This document shows, one piece after another, positions 9,776 to 19,232 of a DNA stretch of 64,000 nucleotides (positions are counted from its first letter, which is position 1; each line of letters starts with the position of its first letter). The notes under the pieces were generated by a model, which was not told the origin of the DNA, searched no databases, and was given only the letters and a program-made list of their open reading frames with translations. Source of the DNA: an uncultured Gammaproteobacteria bacterium. Its GTDB lineage: Bacteria; Patescibacteriota; Microgenomatia; Daviesbacterales; UBA10151. The stretch is from assembly GCA_964387865.1 (NCBI GenBank), contig CAYLXC010000002.1, positions 18,676 to 82,675 of the forward strand. The letters are read 5' to 3'. Both the position numbers and the translations under genes were made by a program.

Positions 9776-10715
9776 GGTTTTCTTTAAGATAAATTACGGT
9801 TTGTCGGATAGCTTCTCTAATTGTCAGTTTGGGTCTCCAGCCTAATCTCTTTAGTTTTTCGATAGATAAAAGTACAAATTCATTATCGCCCTTCCAATTA
9901 CTTTCTTTCCCAAGCCAAGTTTTTTTTACAGAAGTTTTACCCAAAACTTCAAGAATGCTATCAACAATCTGAGAAACTGTAAGTAAATCTTGATGCCCAA
10001 TATTGTATATACTGACTTGCTCTTTCGAGTTCGCAATTATTCTAAATATTGCATCAATCCCATCCAAAACAGCGAGAGAAGATTTCTTAGGTGAACCATC
10101 TGAAAAAAGCTTAATCGATTTTGGATTATGCTGCAATTTTTTTAAGACATCAAAAACTATTCCGTGAGTATAACGCGGACCCAAGAAAGAAACGAATCTA
10201 AAGATATAGGTTTTAATGTTATAGTAAGAAGAATAAGTATAAATGTAACTTTCACAAGCAGCTTTTGTTGCCCCATATAAAGAGGTTGGTTGAAATGGGT
10301 AATCTTCAGGAGTAGGATGGATTCTTGCATCTCCATAAACTGAAGAAGTAGAAGTAAACGCCAAATTTTTGACTCCGTAATTTATCATAGCTTCCAAAAC
10401 ATTACGTGTCATTTCCAAGTTTTGATCATGGTCGATAAAATGGTTTTCAAAGCCAGACTTAACATCAGCATGAGCAGCTAAATGAAAAACAGACTCTATA
10501 CCTTTCATAGATTCTTTGAGTTTTCGGATATTTGAGAGATCAGCTTTTACCAATTCAAAATTTCTATTTTTTAAATGTTGTCGGATAAAAATTTGCCTGC
10601 CGGTTGAAAAATTATCATATACTCTTACTTTATGTCCTTCACTCATTAACCTGTCAACAATATGGGAACCAATAAATCCGGCACCGCCTGTAATAAGATA
10701 TTTCATATCATACAA
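9759..10715 (-). CDS. NAD-dependent nucleotide-sugar epimerase/dehydratase (extended SDR)
   Basis: 'YLITGGAGFIGSHIVDRL' Rossmann motif and the catalytic 'YGATKAACE' (YxxxK). Confidence 0.75.
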   Translation of the reverse strand: MYDMKYLITGGAGFIGSHIVDRLMSEGHKVRVYDNFSTGRQIFIRQHLKNRNFELVKADLSNIRKLKESMKGIESVFHLAAHADVKSGFENHFIDHDQNLEMTRNVLEAMINYGVKNLAFTSTSSVYGDARIHPTPEDYPFQPTSLYGATKAACESYIYTYSSYYNIKTYIFRFVSFLGPRYTHGIVFDVLKKLQHNPKSIKLFSDGSPKKSSLAVLDGIDAIFRIIANSKEQVSIYNIGHQDLLTVSQIVDSILEVLGKTSVKKTWLGKESNWKGDNEFVLLSIEKLKRLGWRPKLTIREAIRQTVIYLKENPRFLK

Positions 10716-11685
10716 AATTTTTGTGGTAAAGTTTTTTAATTACACTCATAACATATAGAGCATCCTTTATACTACTATCGCTATAATCTTTTTGCTTAAT
10801 TCTTTTAAAGAAGAGGTTATTTTCAACTTTCCAGGAATTATCTTCTTCTCCAAATGAAAACTCACTAACATCAGGAGGACCCATTTCGGGTCTCATAGAA
10901 TATAAGACTAACCTTTCCTTACCATAGCTTCTGCCTAGCCCATCAATTTGAATCTTTCCCTTTTGCAACATAATTTCAAAAGAAAATATATTTTTCCATT
11001 CTACACAAGTTACTGAAAGATCAGCGATTTGATTTTTCTTATTTCGGAGTTGAAAAAAAGCAGCATCTTCCAAGTTTGTTTCCCAAAATAAGTTAGTCAC
11101 AAATCCTGTTATTTGAGACATTTGTCCACAAAAAAAGTTCACTAGATCAATTAAATGACAGCCCTGATCGATTAATTCCCCACCGCCTGACACTTTTTTT
11201 TGAAAACGCCATTCTTTTTCATAATTTAACCTACCACCGTGGCCATATCTAGCCCTGATAAATAAAAGGGGTCCCCAATTTTGGGAATCAACAATTTGTT
11301 TAGCCTTTTGTATTGCTGGATGAAATTTATGATTATATCCGTACATTACAACAACGGAGTTTCTCTTGTAGGCTTTATATGTATCTGATATTTGTCTAAA
11401 ATTTACCCCCCCGGGTTTCTCTATAAGAACATGTTTTCCGTTTTCAATTGCTGATATCGCTATTTTTGATAAATTATTATTTGTAACACAAACAAATATT
11501 GCATTGATATCCTTGTCCTTCACTACCTTATGCCAATCTTTTTCAAAGCCGCAGTTAAACTGGTGAGCAAATACTTCTCCTTTTTGCTCATCTATATCAC
11601 AAACAGTTGTTAAATTTACGCCTTTAGGTAAAGATTGTGCTCTTTTTCTTCCAACGTAACCTGCCCCTATTATTGCAATATTCAT
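10708..11685 (-). CDS. Gfo/Idh/MocA-family NAD(P)-dependent oxidoreductase (WbpB-like sugar dehydrogenase candidate)
   Basis: 'MNIAIIGAGYVGRKRAQSL' N-terminal Rossmann, 'EKPGG' motif. Sits with a nucleotide-sugar dehydrogenase and a DegT aminotransferase in the locus. Confidence 0.65.
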   Translation of the reverse strand: MNIAIIGAGYVGRKRAQSLPKGVNLTTVCDIDEQKGEVFAHQFNCGFEKDWHKVVKDKDINAIFVCVTNNNLSKIAISAIENGKHVLIEKPGGVNFRQISDTYKAYKRNSVVVMYGYNHKFHPAIQKAKQIVDSQNWGPLLFIRARYGHGGRLNYEKEWRFQKKVSGGGELIDQGCHLIDLVNFFCGQMSQITGFVTNLFWETNLEDAAFFQLRNKKNQIADLSVTCVEWKNIFSFEIMLQKGKIQIDGLGRSYGKERLVLYSMRPEMGPPDVSEFSFGEEDNSWKVENNLFFKRIKQKDYSDSSIKDALYVMSVIKKLYHKNFV

Positions 11686-12968
11686 TTTCCCTCTCCCATT
11701 CCGAGATAATTAAATCCAAAGTTTTTATATTTCTTTTTATCTAAAAAGTTTTTAGTATCTATAATAACTCTTTGTCTCATCAAATTTGAAACTAATTTGG
11801 GATTAATTTCTTTAAATTGAGGCCACTGTGTCATTAAAATTAATAAGTCTAATTTTTTTAAAAATTCCTCAATGGAACTTTTAATATTTACAAATTTTAG
11901 TCTTCCATTTTTTATAGCCGGATCAAAACCTCTAATTTCAGCTTTCTCTTTGGCTAATAAATTTGCTAATTCAAGAGATTGAGATCTTCTTAAGGTATTT
12001 GTATTAGGTTTGTAGGTTAAGCCTAGTATACCTATTTTTTTCCCATTAAGTTTGGGATAAATTTTTTTGACCTTCCTCATTAAATAATTTAGTCTATCTT
12101 GGTTGACCGCATAAATTGCATTAAGCAATTTAGCTGGATATTTAAATTTAGCGGAGAGTTTAATGAGAGTTTTAATATCACGACCCAAAGTTCCGCCGGC
12201 AAATCCTAATCCAGGATTAATAGGTGCTTTCGGACTTACCCTTGGATCGGACTTTAATCCTAAAACTACATCTTGTATATTTGCACCCAATAGTTCACAA
12301 AGATCAGAGAGTTCAGAGGCAAAACTTATATTTAGAGCTAAGTAAGAATTTAGAGCATGCTTTAACATTTCGGCACTCTCTATAGACATTTTCAAAACTT
12401 TACATTTAAAAATTGGAAAATCTTTTAGAAATTGCTCAATGATATCATTATTATCTGATCCTAGGACGATCCTTGGAGGTTTAAGAAAGTCATAAATTGC
12501 ACTTCCCAGTCTTAAGTTTTCAGGGAAATAAATTACCCTAGTGTTTGATTTTAATCTTTTTAAAAGAGAGCGGGTAGTTCCAATAGGGACTTGACTTGAA
12601 ATAACAATAATTGTTTTTTTTGAGATATATTTAACTACTAAATCAAATAATTTATTTAACAAACTTAAGTCAACTTCATCATAATCATTTATTGGCGTAT
12701 CTAAAGTAATAAAAATATAGTCTTTATTTTTGATTACTTCTTTTGGATTACTACTAAAATGCAAATTTTTGTTTAAATATTTTGTAAAATATCTGGTAAG
12801 ACTAGGTTCAAATATAGGAAGTTCTTTTGATTTTAGTTTGTTAACATTCTTTTTATCTAGGTCGAAGCAGGAAACTTTATATCCTGATTTAGCAAAGCAA
12901 ACACTATATACTAAACCCAGATGCCATAATCCTAAAACTCCGACAGATAACTTAAGACCCTTTTTCAT
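11682..12968 (-). CDS. Nucleotide-sugar dehydrogenase (UDP-glucose/GDP-mannose dehydrogenase family; UDP-GlcNAc/ManNAc dehydrogenase-like)
   Basis: N-terminal 'LSVGVLGLWHLGLVYSVCFAKSGYKVSCFD' NAD-binding region and the central 'GFAGGTLGRD' in the catalytic Cys region position. 428 aa. Confidence 0.65.
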   Translation of the reverse strand: MKKGLKLSVGVLGLWHLGLVYSVCFAKSGYKVSCFDLDKKNVNKLKSKELPIFEPSLTRYFTKYLNKNLHFSSNPKEVIKNKDYIFITLDTPINDYDEVDLSLLNKLFDLVVKYISKKTIIVISSQVPIGTTRSLLKRLKSNTRVIYFPENLRLGSAIYDFLKPPRIVLGSDNNDIIEQFLKDFPIFKCKVLKMSIESAEMLKHALNSYLALNISFASELSDLCELLGANIQDVVLGLKSDPRVSPKAPINPGLGFAGGTLGRDIKTLIKLSAKFKYPAKLLNAIYAVNQDRLNYLMRKVKKIYPKLNGKKIGILGLTYKPNTNTLRRSQSLELANLLAKEKAEIRGFDPAIKNGRLKFVNIKSSIEEFLKKLDLLILMTQWPQFKEINPKLVSNLMRQRVIIDTKNFLDKKKYKNFGFNYLGMGEGK

Positions 12969-13821
12969 AGATAAACTCTTGATCCACTCTTCTTAGTTTG
13001 TATAAATTATTACTAAGTTTATTCGTAGAAGAACTTTGTTCATTCTTTCTTAACTTTGCGGGTGGATTCCATTTGGCGCTTAGTAGCCTTCCAGTAATAT
13101 GGTTTGACTGAGTTGACGATAGATAGACTACTAGTTTTGCAGCAAGTTCAGGAGGCATTCCCCCTAACTTTTTTTGTTTAATGGCATTTTGATAAATTTC
13201 TTTACCGCTTTTTTTAGGTCCTTGTTTAATCAAATAATCGTTTAAATAAGTATTAACAGAACCAGGCGATATAGCGTTTACCTGAATATTTTTTTCTTTA
13301 AGCTCATCCGCTAAAACTTCACTGAATCCTGCAACAGCAAATTTAGAAGTAAAGTATGCGGAAAAGTTAGGCATTGTTTTGCTTCCTCCAACTCCAGCCC
13401 CACATAAATTAATAATTTTTCCCCCGCCCCCTTTTTCCATAAGCGGAATTACTAAATGTGATAAGTAGACAATACCCATGAAATTAATTTCAAAGGCCTT
13501 ATTCCAATTATTTAAACTTAAATTCTGAAAAGGTCCAATAGGACCATATATACCGGCATTGTTTACCAAAATATCTATTTTTTTTAACTTAATTTGTGCA
13601 AATTTTATTAATTTTTTGCAATCAGTAAATTTTGAGACATCACAAGATATTCCGTAAGCTACTACATTTTTCTTATTTAGAGCACTCAGTGCTTTTTGTA
13701 TTTCTGATTTAGTTCGCGAGCAAATTATAACAATTGCACCTTGATTAACCAGTTCTTTAGCAATTGCAAAACCGATCCCTCTAGCTCCGCCCGTGATCAA
13801 AGCAACTTTGTTAGATAACAT
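12952..13821 (-). CDS. Short-chain dehydrogenase/reductase (SDR) family oxidoreductase
   Basis: 'VALITGGARGIGFAIAKEL', 'NNAG' and 'YFTSKFAV' (YxxxK). Confidence 0.7.
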   Translation of the reverse strand: MLSNKVALITGGARGIGFAIAKELVNQGAIVIICSRTKSEIQKALSALNKKNVVAYGISCDVSKFTDCKKLIKFAQIKLKKIDILVNNAGIYGPIGPFQNLSLNNWNKAFEINFMGIVYLSHLVIPLMEKGGGGKIINLCGAGVGGSKTMPNFSAYFTSKFAVAGFSEVLADELKEKNIQVNAISPGSVNTYLNDYLIKQGPKKSGKEIYQNAIKQKKLGGMPPELAAKLVVYLSSTQSNHITGRLLSAKWNPPAKLRKNEQSSSTNKLSNNLYKLRRVDQEFIYEKGS

Positions 13822-13833
13822 AGAGAGATTATA

Positions 13834-14631
13834 TTACTTTTTCTGGAGTTTTTTCCAAGCTTGATCAAATTGTTCAATAGTTTCTATTGTTCGTTGACTA
13901 AAAAGCATAGAGTGTAAGATTTCTGGAGTTGTTGTAACAATATTAGCTCCAGCTGCGAACGCTTCTCCCACCATTGTCGCTGTACGTATACTTCCAACTA
14001 TTATTTTTGGATTTTCGTAGTCACCTTCTTTCAAAAACGATGAAATAGCAACTACTATATTTTTAGGATCATTATTAACGCTCGATTCCAGTCCTACTCT
14101 TTTGAAATCCGCCATATAGTCGAATCTACCCCTATACTTTACTTGATCCTCAAGGGAGCGTCCCCAAAAAAGGGAGATAAATGATGGTCTCTTACAATAT
14201 CTTGTGGCTAAAGCTGCCATAACCATTTGTTCAAAGGTCATCATAGTTGTGACATTTATAGCAATACCTAAATCTGAAAGTGCTTGGATAATTTCTAAAC
14301 TTTTGGTTGTGTCGGGGATTAGTGGCACTTTTACAACAATATTTTTGTCCATGCTATTTAATTTCCTACCTTCCTTAACCATCTCGTTTGTGGTTGCTGT
14401 ACTATCTGTAAGCTCTACTGAAACAGGTTTATCTTTCATCTCCTTGCAGATTTTTTTGATAACTATTTCTACGTCTTGTAAACGCAATCCATCCTGTAAC
14501 ATTATTACTTGATTTGTGGTTACACCGTCAATGATTCCAGTTGAATTCCATCTTTTTATTTCTTCTAAATTAGAGGAATCTATAAATAAGGATCGGTTAA
14601 AGGAGTAGATTTTTGGCATAACTTTAGACAT
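13834..14631 (-). CDS. Transaldolase/fructose-6-phosphate aldolase family protein
   Basis: N-terminal 'LFIDSSNLEEIKRW...GVTTNQVIM' matches the LFLDSA...GVTTNPSL signature. The Schiff-base region 'IVVKVPLIPDTTKSLEIIQALSDLGIAINVTTMMTFEQMVMAALA' is also present. Confidence 0.6.
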   Translation of the reverse strand: MSKVMPKIYSFNRSLFIDSSNLEEIKRWNSTGIIDGVTTNQVIMLQDGLRLQDVEIVIKKICKEMKDKPVSVELTDSTATTNEMVKEGRKLNSMDKNIVVKVPLIPDTTKSLEIIQALSDLGIAINVTTMMTFEQMVMAALATRYCKRPSFISLFWGRSLEDQVKYRGRFDYMADFKRVGLESSVNNDPKNIVVAISSFLKEGDYENPKIIVGSIRTATMVGEAFAAGANIVTTTPEILHSMLFSQRTIETIEQFDQAWKKLQKK

Positions 14632-14683
14632 AATTCTAGTTCATAAAACTGAATATATCAAGTGTAGGTGATATACTAATACA
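14632..14683. promoter_or_regulatory. Divergent promoter region (transaldolase operon on -, heptose genes on +)
   Basis: 52-nt AT-rich spacer containing -10-like 'GATATACT' and 'GAATATAT' between divergent genes. Confidence 0.25.
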
Positions 14684-15280
14684 ATGAAATGTGCAGTTTT
14701 TCTTGATCGGGACGGAGTTATAAATGAGTTAGTTTATGATTCACAACATGGAACAGTTGATAGTCCAATGTTTCCATCTCAAGTGAAATTAATGTATGGA
14801 ATTGATGAACTGATTAAAGACATAAATAAAACGGGATTTATCAGCATCATTTGTTCAAACCAACCAGCTGTGGCATTAGGAAAAACTACACTAAAAAATT
14901 TTAAGGCGGTAACTGAAGAAATTAAAACACAACTAAAGGCAAAGGGGGCAAGTATAGATTATGAATATCATTGTTTGCATCACCCATTTGCAAAGATTAA
15001 AAAATATAAAATTGTGTGCGAATGTAGAAAACCGAAGACAAGTCTTTTTCTGAAAGCCGCGTCTGAACACCATATTGATCTTAAGGATTCATGGATGATA
15101 GGTGATGGAGTAGATGACATAAAAGCTGGTAAAAAGGCAGGGTGTAAGACAATATTACTTGCTAATATTAATGCAACCGAGAATTTACGGATTATAGAAA
15201 ATCAGCTAGGATCTATAAATCCGGACTTTATAGTAAAAAATTTATTAGAAGCTTTAAAGATTATTAAGGAAAATTTATGA
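14684..15280 (+). CDS. gmhB: D-glycero-D-manno-heptose 1,7-bisphosphate phosphatase (HAD-IIIA, GmhB-like)
   Basis: 'FLDRDGVINE' HAD motif I, 'CECRKP' and 'MIGDGVDDIKAGKKAGCKTILL'. About 200 aa. Adjacent to the other heptose-pathway genes. Confidence 0.65.
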   Translation: MKCAVFLDRDGVINELVYDSQHGTVDSPMFPSQVKLMYGIDELIKDINKTGFISIICSNQPAVALGKTTLKNFKAVTEEIKTQLKAKGASIDYEYHCLHHPFAKIKKYKIVCECRKPKTSLFLKAASEHHIDLKDSWMIGDGVDDIKAGKKAGCKTILLANINATENLRIIENQLGSINPDFIVKNLLEALKIIKENL

Positions 15281-16035
15281 TAGCAATTATTGTTGCTGGT
15301 GGAAGAGGCGAAAGACTTGAACTTTTTACTAACAGGATTCCCAAACCTATGATAAAAGTTAGTGGAAAACCAATACTTTTACATGTTGTAGAACTACTTA
15401 AAAAATATGGTGTATCAGAATATATTTTTTCCTTATGTTACTTACCTAATGTAGTTAAAAATTATTTTGGGGATGGTAAAAAATTTGGAATAAAAATATC
15501 TTATACATTTGAAAAACCTAATTTACCGTTGGGTACTGCAGGAGCAATTTCGCTTGCAAGAAAATTAATTAACGATACCTTCATTGTGACTTATGCGGAT
15601 ATTTTAAGGGATTTGGATATAGGAAATATGATAAGTTTTCATAAGAAAAATAAATCATTTGCTACCTTAAATGTTTACAAAAGAGAAAGTAGGGATGCAA
15701 AAAGTAAAATAGTTTTAGACAATAAAAATCGGATCATTAAATTTATAGAAAGACCCAAATCAGATGATCTAAAAGAAGAATACATTTGGGTAAACGGATC
15801 ATTTTATATTTTGGAGCCGCAAATTTTTGATTGGATTCCAGATAATAAAAAATCTGATTTTGGAAAAGATATATTCCCAAAATTATTGAAATCAAAAAAA
15901 CCTCTTTATGCTTATCCTCCAAAAGGATATCTCGTTGATATAGGTAATATGGAAAAATTAGAGTATGCTAGAAAAACTTTCAGTAAGGTTCAATTTCCCG
16001 AAGTTCCGGGGAAAAAACTATTGCATGCCAAATAA
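15277..16035 (+). CDS. hddC: Sugar-1-phosphate nucleotidyltransferase (D-glycero-alpha-D-manno-heptose-1-phosphate guanylyltransferase HddC-like)
   Basis: 'MIAIIVAGGRGERLELFTNRIPKPMIKVSGKPIL' NTP-transferase motif. Start overlaps the gmhB stop (ATGA). Confidence 0.6.
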   Translation: MIAIIVAGGRGERLELFTNRIPKPMIKVSGKPILLHVVELLKKYGVSEYIFSLCYLPNVVKNYFGDGKKFGIKISYTFEKPNLPLGTAGAISLARKLINDTFIVTYADILRDLDIGNMISFHKKNKSFATLNVYKRESRDAKSKIVLDNKNRIIKFIERPKSDDLKEEYIWVNGSFYILEPQIFDWIPDNKKSDFGKDIFPKLLKSKKPLYAYPPKGYLVDIGNMEKLEYARKTFSKVQFPEVPGKKLLHAK

Positions 16036-16579
16036 GAACCTGAAAGCTTTCTGCAAAAGGAGTTATAAACTCATCTTTTACAACAGGCACCATGATACAC
16101 AGGTCAGCAACTTTTTTAGTATATCCCCCATCTCTGCTGACAATTCCAATTATGGAAGCTTTAATCTTTTTGGCATATTTTAATGCTTCCACTATATTAG
16201 GACTAATGTTCTTTTCCAAATTCCCACCACCGACTGATAGAATCATTAGTACATCTTTACTTGTGAGTTTGCTAACCTTTAACCAATTAATAAAAACTGT
16301 CTCCCATCCATCATCATTAGTTCTGGCTGTTAATTCTGATACATTATCAATTGGTGTGTAAGCTTCAATGTTGGCAATTTTTCTGAAATCATTAACAGCA
16401 TGAGAACTGTTAGCAGCACTGCCACCTACCCCTAGTAAAAACAATCTTCCTCTTCTTTGTCTAAGTTTAGTTAACAGGTTAATAGTTCTTTCAATATCCT
16501 TTTTGGAAATATTATTTATGGCAGTGATTGCTCCGTCTAAATAGTTTTGAATATATTCTGAAGTTTTCATATTTTTCAA
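15980..16579 (-). CDS. gmhA: Phosphoheptose (sedoheptulose-7-phosphate) isomerase, SIS domain
   Basis: 'RLFLLGVGGSAANSSHAVNDF' SIS signature. 199 aa. Confidence 0.7.
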   Translation of the reverse strand: MKNMKTSEYIQNYLDGAITAINNISKKDIERTINLLTKLRQRRGRLFLLGVGGSAANSSHAVNDFRKIANIEAYTPIDNVSELTARTNDDGWETVFINWLKVSKLTSKDVLMILSVGGGNLEKNISPNIVEALKYAKKIKASIIGIVSRDGGYTKKVADLCIMVPVVKDEFITPFAESFQVLIWHAIVFSPELREIEPY

Positions 16580-17628
16580 CTTAAATTAATCAATACCTTT
16601 GTTCCTTCCCAATCAAATTTAACTTTGCGTTCCTCAAGACCTATTTTTTGCATTCTATCACGGAAACTATTTTTGTTTTTATTAACATAGAATACGAACC
16701 AACCTCCTCCGCCTGCTCCCATAATTTTTCCGCCCAAGGCACCGGCTCTAAGGGCCTGATTATACCACTCATCAATCTGGGGATTAGATACTAGAGTGGA
16801 TAATTTTTTCTTCATTAGCCAGTGCGTATGCAAAGACGCTCCAAAATCATCGACCTTCCCCTTTAACAAAAATTTTTTAACGTCTTGGCCCAAAGTTTTA
16901 ATCTCATCTAAATTTCTAATTATCTCTTCGGTTTGTTTTGATTTTTTTCCTATTTTCTTTTTTTGATCAGATAAAACAGTTACCGCATCGCGTTGAATTC
17001 TGGTTCTAAAAAATAATAAATTACTTTCTAACTCTGCAATAGTATTAAAGCTTAAGTTTAAAGATTCTACATGAACCCTGCCTCTTGTATCAATTTCAAA
17101 ATAGTTGATTCCACCTAAAGCTGCTATATACTGATCCTGTGGTCCAACTGGCATTTTAAGTTTTCTTATCTCTATCTCTGCAGCCTCTTTGGCTAGATAT
17201 AATTTATCTACTGGTTGATTTCTGTATGTATAAAGGGCATTAAGCAGTCCTACTTCAAGTGCTCCTGAGCCACCTAAACCTGATTTAGCAGATGCATCAG
17301 CTAAAGTTGTGATTTCTATACCTTTGGTAACTTTGGTTAACTTTAAGCACTCTTTAATAATTGGATTTGGAATTTCCCTAAAATCATAGGTCATAGTTGC
17401 CTCAATGCCATGAGAAGCTTTAATGAGATTCCGGTCCTCTGTTTTGTTCAAAAAAATAAACACATATTTACCAATTGCTGCACTAATCCAAGCCCCTCCC
17501 TTTAGTTTGCTATACCATACTACATCTGTCCCTCCGCCACCTAAAGTTATTCTCATTGGTGTTTGAGTAATAATGAGAGCTCTCTCGCGAGATAGACTTT
17601 GATCTTTAGTTTTTAAAATTCTACGCAT
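16576..17628 (-). CDS. hddA: GHMP-family sugar kinase (D-glycero-alpha-D-manno-heptose 7-phosphate kinase HddA-like)
   Basis: GHMP motif 'SAKSGLGGSGALEVGLLNAL'. 350 aa. Start/stop overlap with gmhA (4 nt). Confidence 0.6.
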   Translation of the reverse strand: MRRILKTKDQSLSRERALIITQTPMRITLGGGGTDVVWYSKLKGGAWISAAIGKYVFIFLNKTEDRNLIKASHGIEATMTYDFREIPNPIIKECLKLTKVTKGIEITTLADASAKSGLGGSGALEVGLLNALYTYRNQPVDKLYLAKEAAEIEIRKLKMPVGPQDQYIAALGGINYFEIDTRGRVHVESLNLSFNTIAELESNLLFFRTRIQRDAVTVLSDQKKKIGKKSKQTEEIIRNLDEIKTLGQDVKKFLLKGKVDDFGASLHTHWLMKKKLSTLVSNPQIDEWYNQALRAGALGGKIMGAGGGGWFVFYVNKNKNSFRDRMQKIGLEERKVKFDWEGTKVLINLS

Positions 17629-17721
17629 TATTTACATTTGCTGTTAGTAACAGTTATTATATGTGTCAAGTGCTCAAATGCAAGGATTATATCTTTGATT
17701 TTAAGTAATGCAATAATCATT

Positions 17722-18444
17722 ATGAAAAAATATTACCTCTCGATAATCATCCCAGCGTATAATGAGGAAAAGAAAATAGAGAGAGACATACGAGAAGCTT
17801 TTAATTATTTTAAAAAAAAGAAAATTTCTGGGGAGGTTATAGTTTCAACAGATGGGATAACTGATGATACTAACAAAATAGTCCTCAATCTTGAGAATGA
17901 ATTCCCCGACCTGATTTTGCTGACTAAGAAAAAAAAGATTGGTAAAGGCACTGCAATTAAAAGTGGAGTGTCTAAAGCAAGAGGAAAATATATCATGTTT
18001 GCAGATGCAGGGTATTGTGTACCATTTAGATTAATTGATGCAGGAATTAAAAAGATAGAGGAAGGTTATGATCTGGCATTAGGAAATAGGGCTGATAAAT
18101 CTGCAGTTATAAAGTATGGGCAACCACTTTACAGAAGGATCGGGTCGAAAGTTTTTGGTTTAATTGTTAAATATGTGCTAGGGGTTCCTTCTCATATTAA
18201 AGATACCCAATGTGGATTTAAAATTTATAAGCACGATATGGCAAAAAAATTGTTTAAAGATTTGGAATCATCCACTATGATGTTTGATCTGGAACATATT
18301 TTAAGGGCAAAAAAATATGGATATAAAATAGCTGTTTTTCCTGTTGAATGGAATAATGATCCTGATACTAAATTCAATCCAATAAGTGGTGGAATAAAAT
18401 CCCTTAAAGAAATTTATAACATTAAATTTAGACTTAAACTTTAA
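17722..18444 (+). CDS. GT2 polyprenyl-phosphate glycosyltransferase (DPM1/GtrB/CsbB-like)
   Basis: 'LSIIIPAYNEEKKI', 'VIVSTDGITDDT', 'DTQCGFKIYKHD'. About 240 aa from the ATG at 17722. The ORF track begins upstream at 17638. Confidence 0.7.
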   Translation: MKKYYLSIIIPAYNEEKKIERDIREAFNYFKKKKISGEVIVSTDGITDDTNKIVLNLENEFPDLILLTKKKKIGKGTAIKSGVSKARGKYIMFADAGYCVPFRLIDAGIKKIEEGYDLALGNRADKSAVIKYGQPLYRRIGSKVFGLIVKYVLGVPSHIKDTQCGFKIYKHDMAKKLFKDLESSTMMFDLEHILRAKKYGYKIAVFPVEWNNDPDTKFNPISGGIKSLKEIYNIKFRLKL

Positions 18445-18451
18445 AAATTAA

Positions 18452-19207
18452 ATGGAAACATACTTTTATGATTTAAGGTATCAGGTTGATAAATATGAGT
18501 GGAGAGCCAGAGCCAAAAGAGATTTAGTTTTTCAACTCTTTGGAAAATATCGAAATCAGGATTTAAGAAATGAAACGACTAGGATTTTAGACTTCGGCTG
18601 TGGTACTGGAGTTCTTCTAGAAGAATTTGAAAAAAAATTTAATGTAGAAGGATTCGGAATAGATAACTCCAAAAAAGCAATTGATTACTGTAAGAAAAGA
18701 GGATTTGGCCGAGTTAAGATATCTGATGGGGTAAAAATTCCTTTTAAAGCTGGATATTTTGATTTAGTTACAGCTATAGATGTACTGGAGCATATAGAAA
18801 ACGATTTGGAAGCATTAGGTCAAATTAAAAGAGTTTTAAAAAAGTTAGGCTTGGCAATCTTTTTAGTTCCTGCTCATCCTAAACTTTGGTCAACAAGAGA
18901 CATTAATTTACAACACTTTAGAAGATATAAAATTGGAGAATTGGAAAGTAAATGCAAAAAATTAGGATTTAAGTTATTAGAGAATAAAAATGCTGATTTT
19001 GCGCTCTACTTTTTGTTCGCTCTAATTTGCTTACTGGCTCCTAAAAAAAATGGAATACCAAATCTAAAAATGGATACTGCCACTGCTTCTACTAATAAAT
19101 TTATTAATGAAATAATCTTTATGTACGAACAATTGGAAAATAAATTACAGCAATTTACTACCTTCCCAATAGGATTATCGATTGTAGTGGTTGTACAAAA
19201 AATTTGA
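18452..19207 (+). CDS. Class I SAM-dependent methyltransferase (type 11)
   Basis: 'ILDFGCGTGVLLEEF', 'FDLVTAIDVLEHIEND'. Confidence 0.7.
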   Translation: METYFYDLRYQVDKYEWRARAKRDLVFQLFGKYRNQDLRNETTRILDFGCGTGVLLEEFEKKFNVEGFGIDNSKKAIDYCKKRGFGRVKISDGVKIPFKAGYFDLVTAIDVLEHIENDLEALGQIKRVLKKLGLAIFLVPAHPKLWSTRDINLQHFRRYKIGELESKCKKLGFKLLENKNADFALYFLFALICLLAPKKNGIPNLKMDTATASTNKFINEIIFMYEQLENKLQQFTTFPIGLSIVVVVQKI

Positions 19208-19232
19208 TACTGTTACAATCTTCTTTGAGAAT

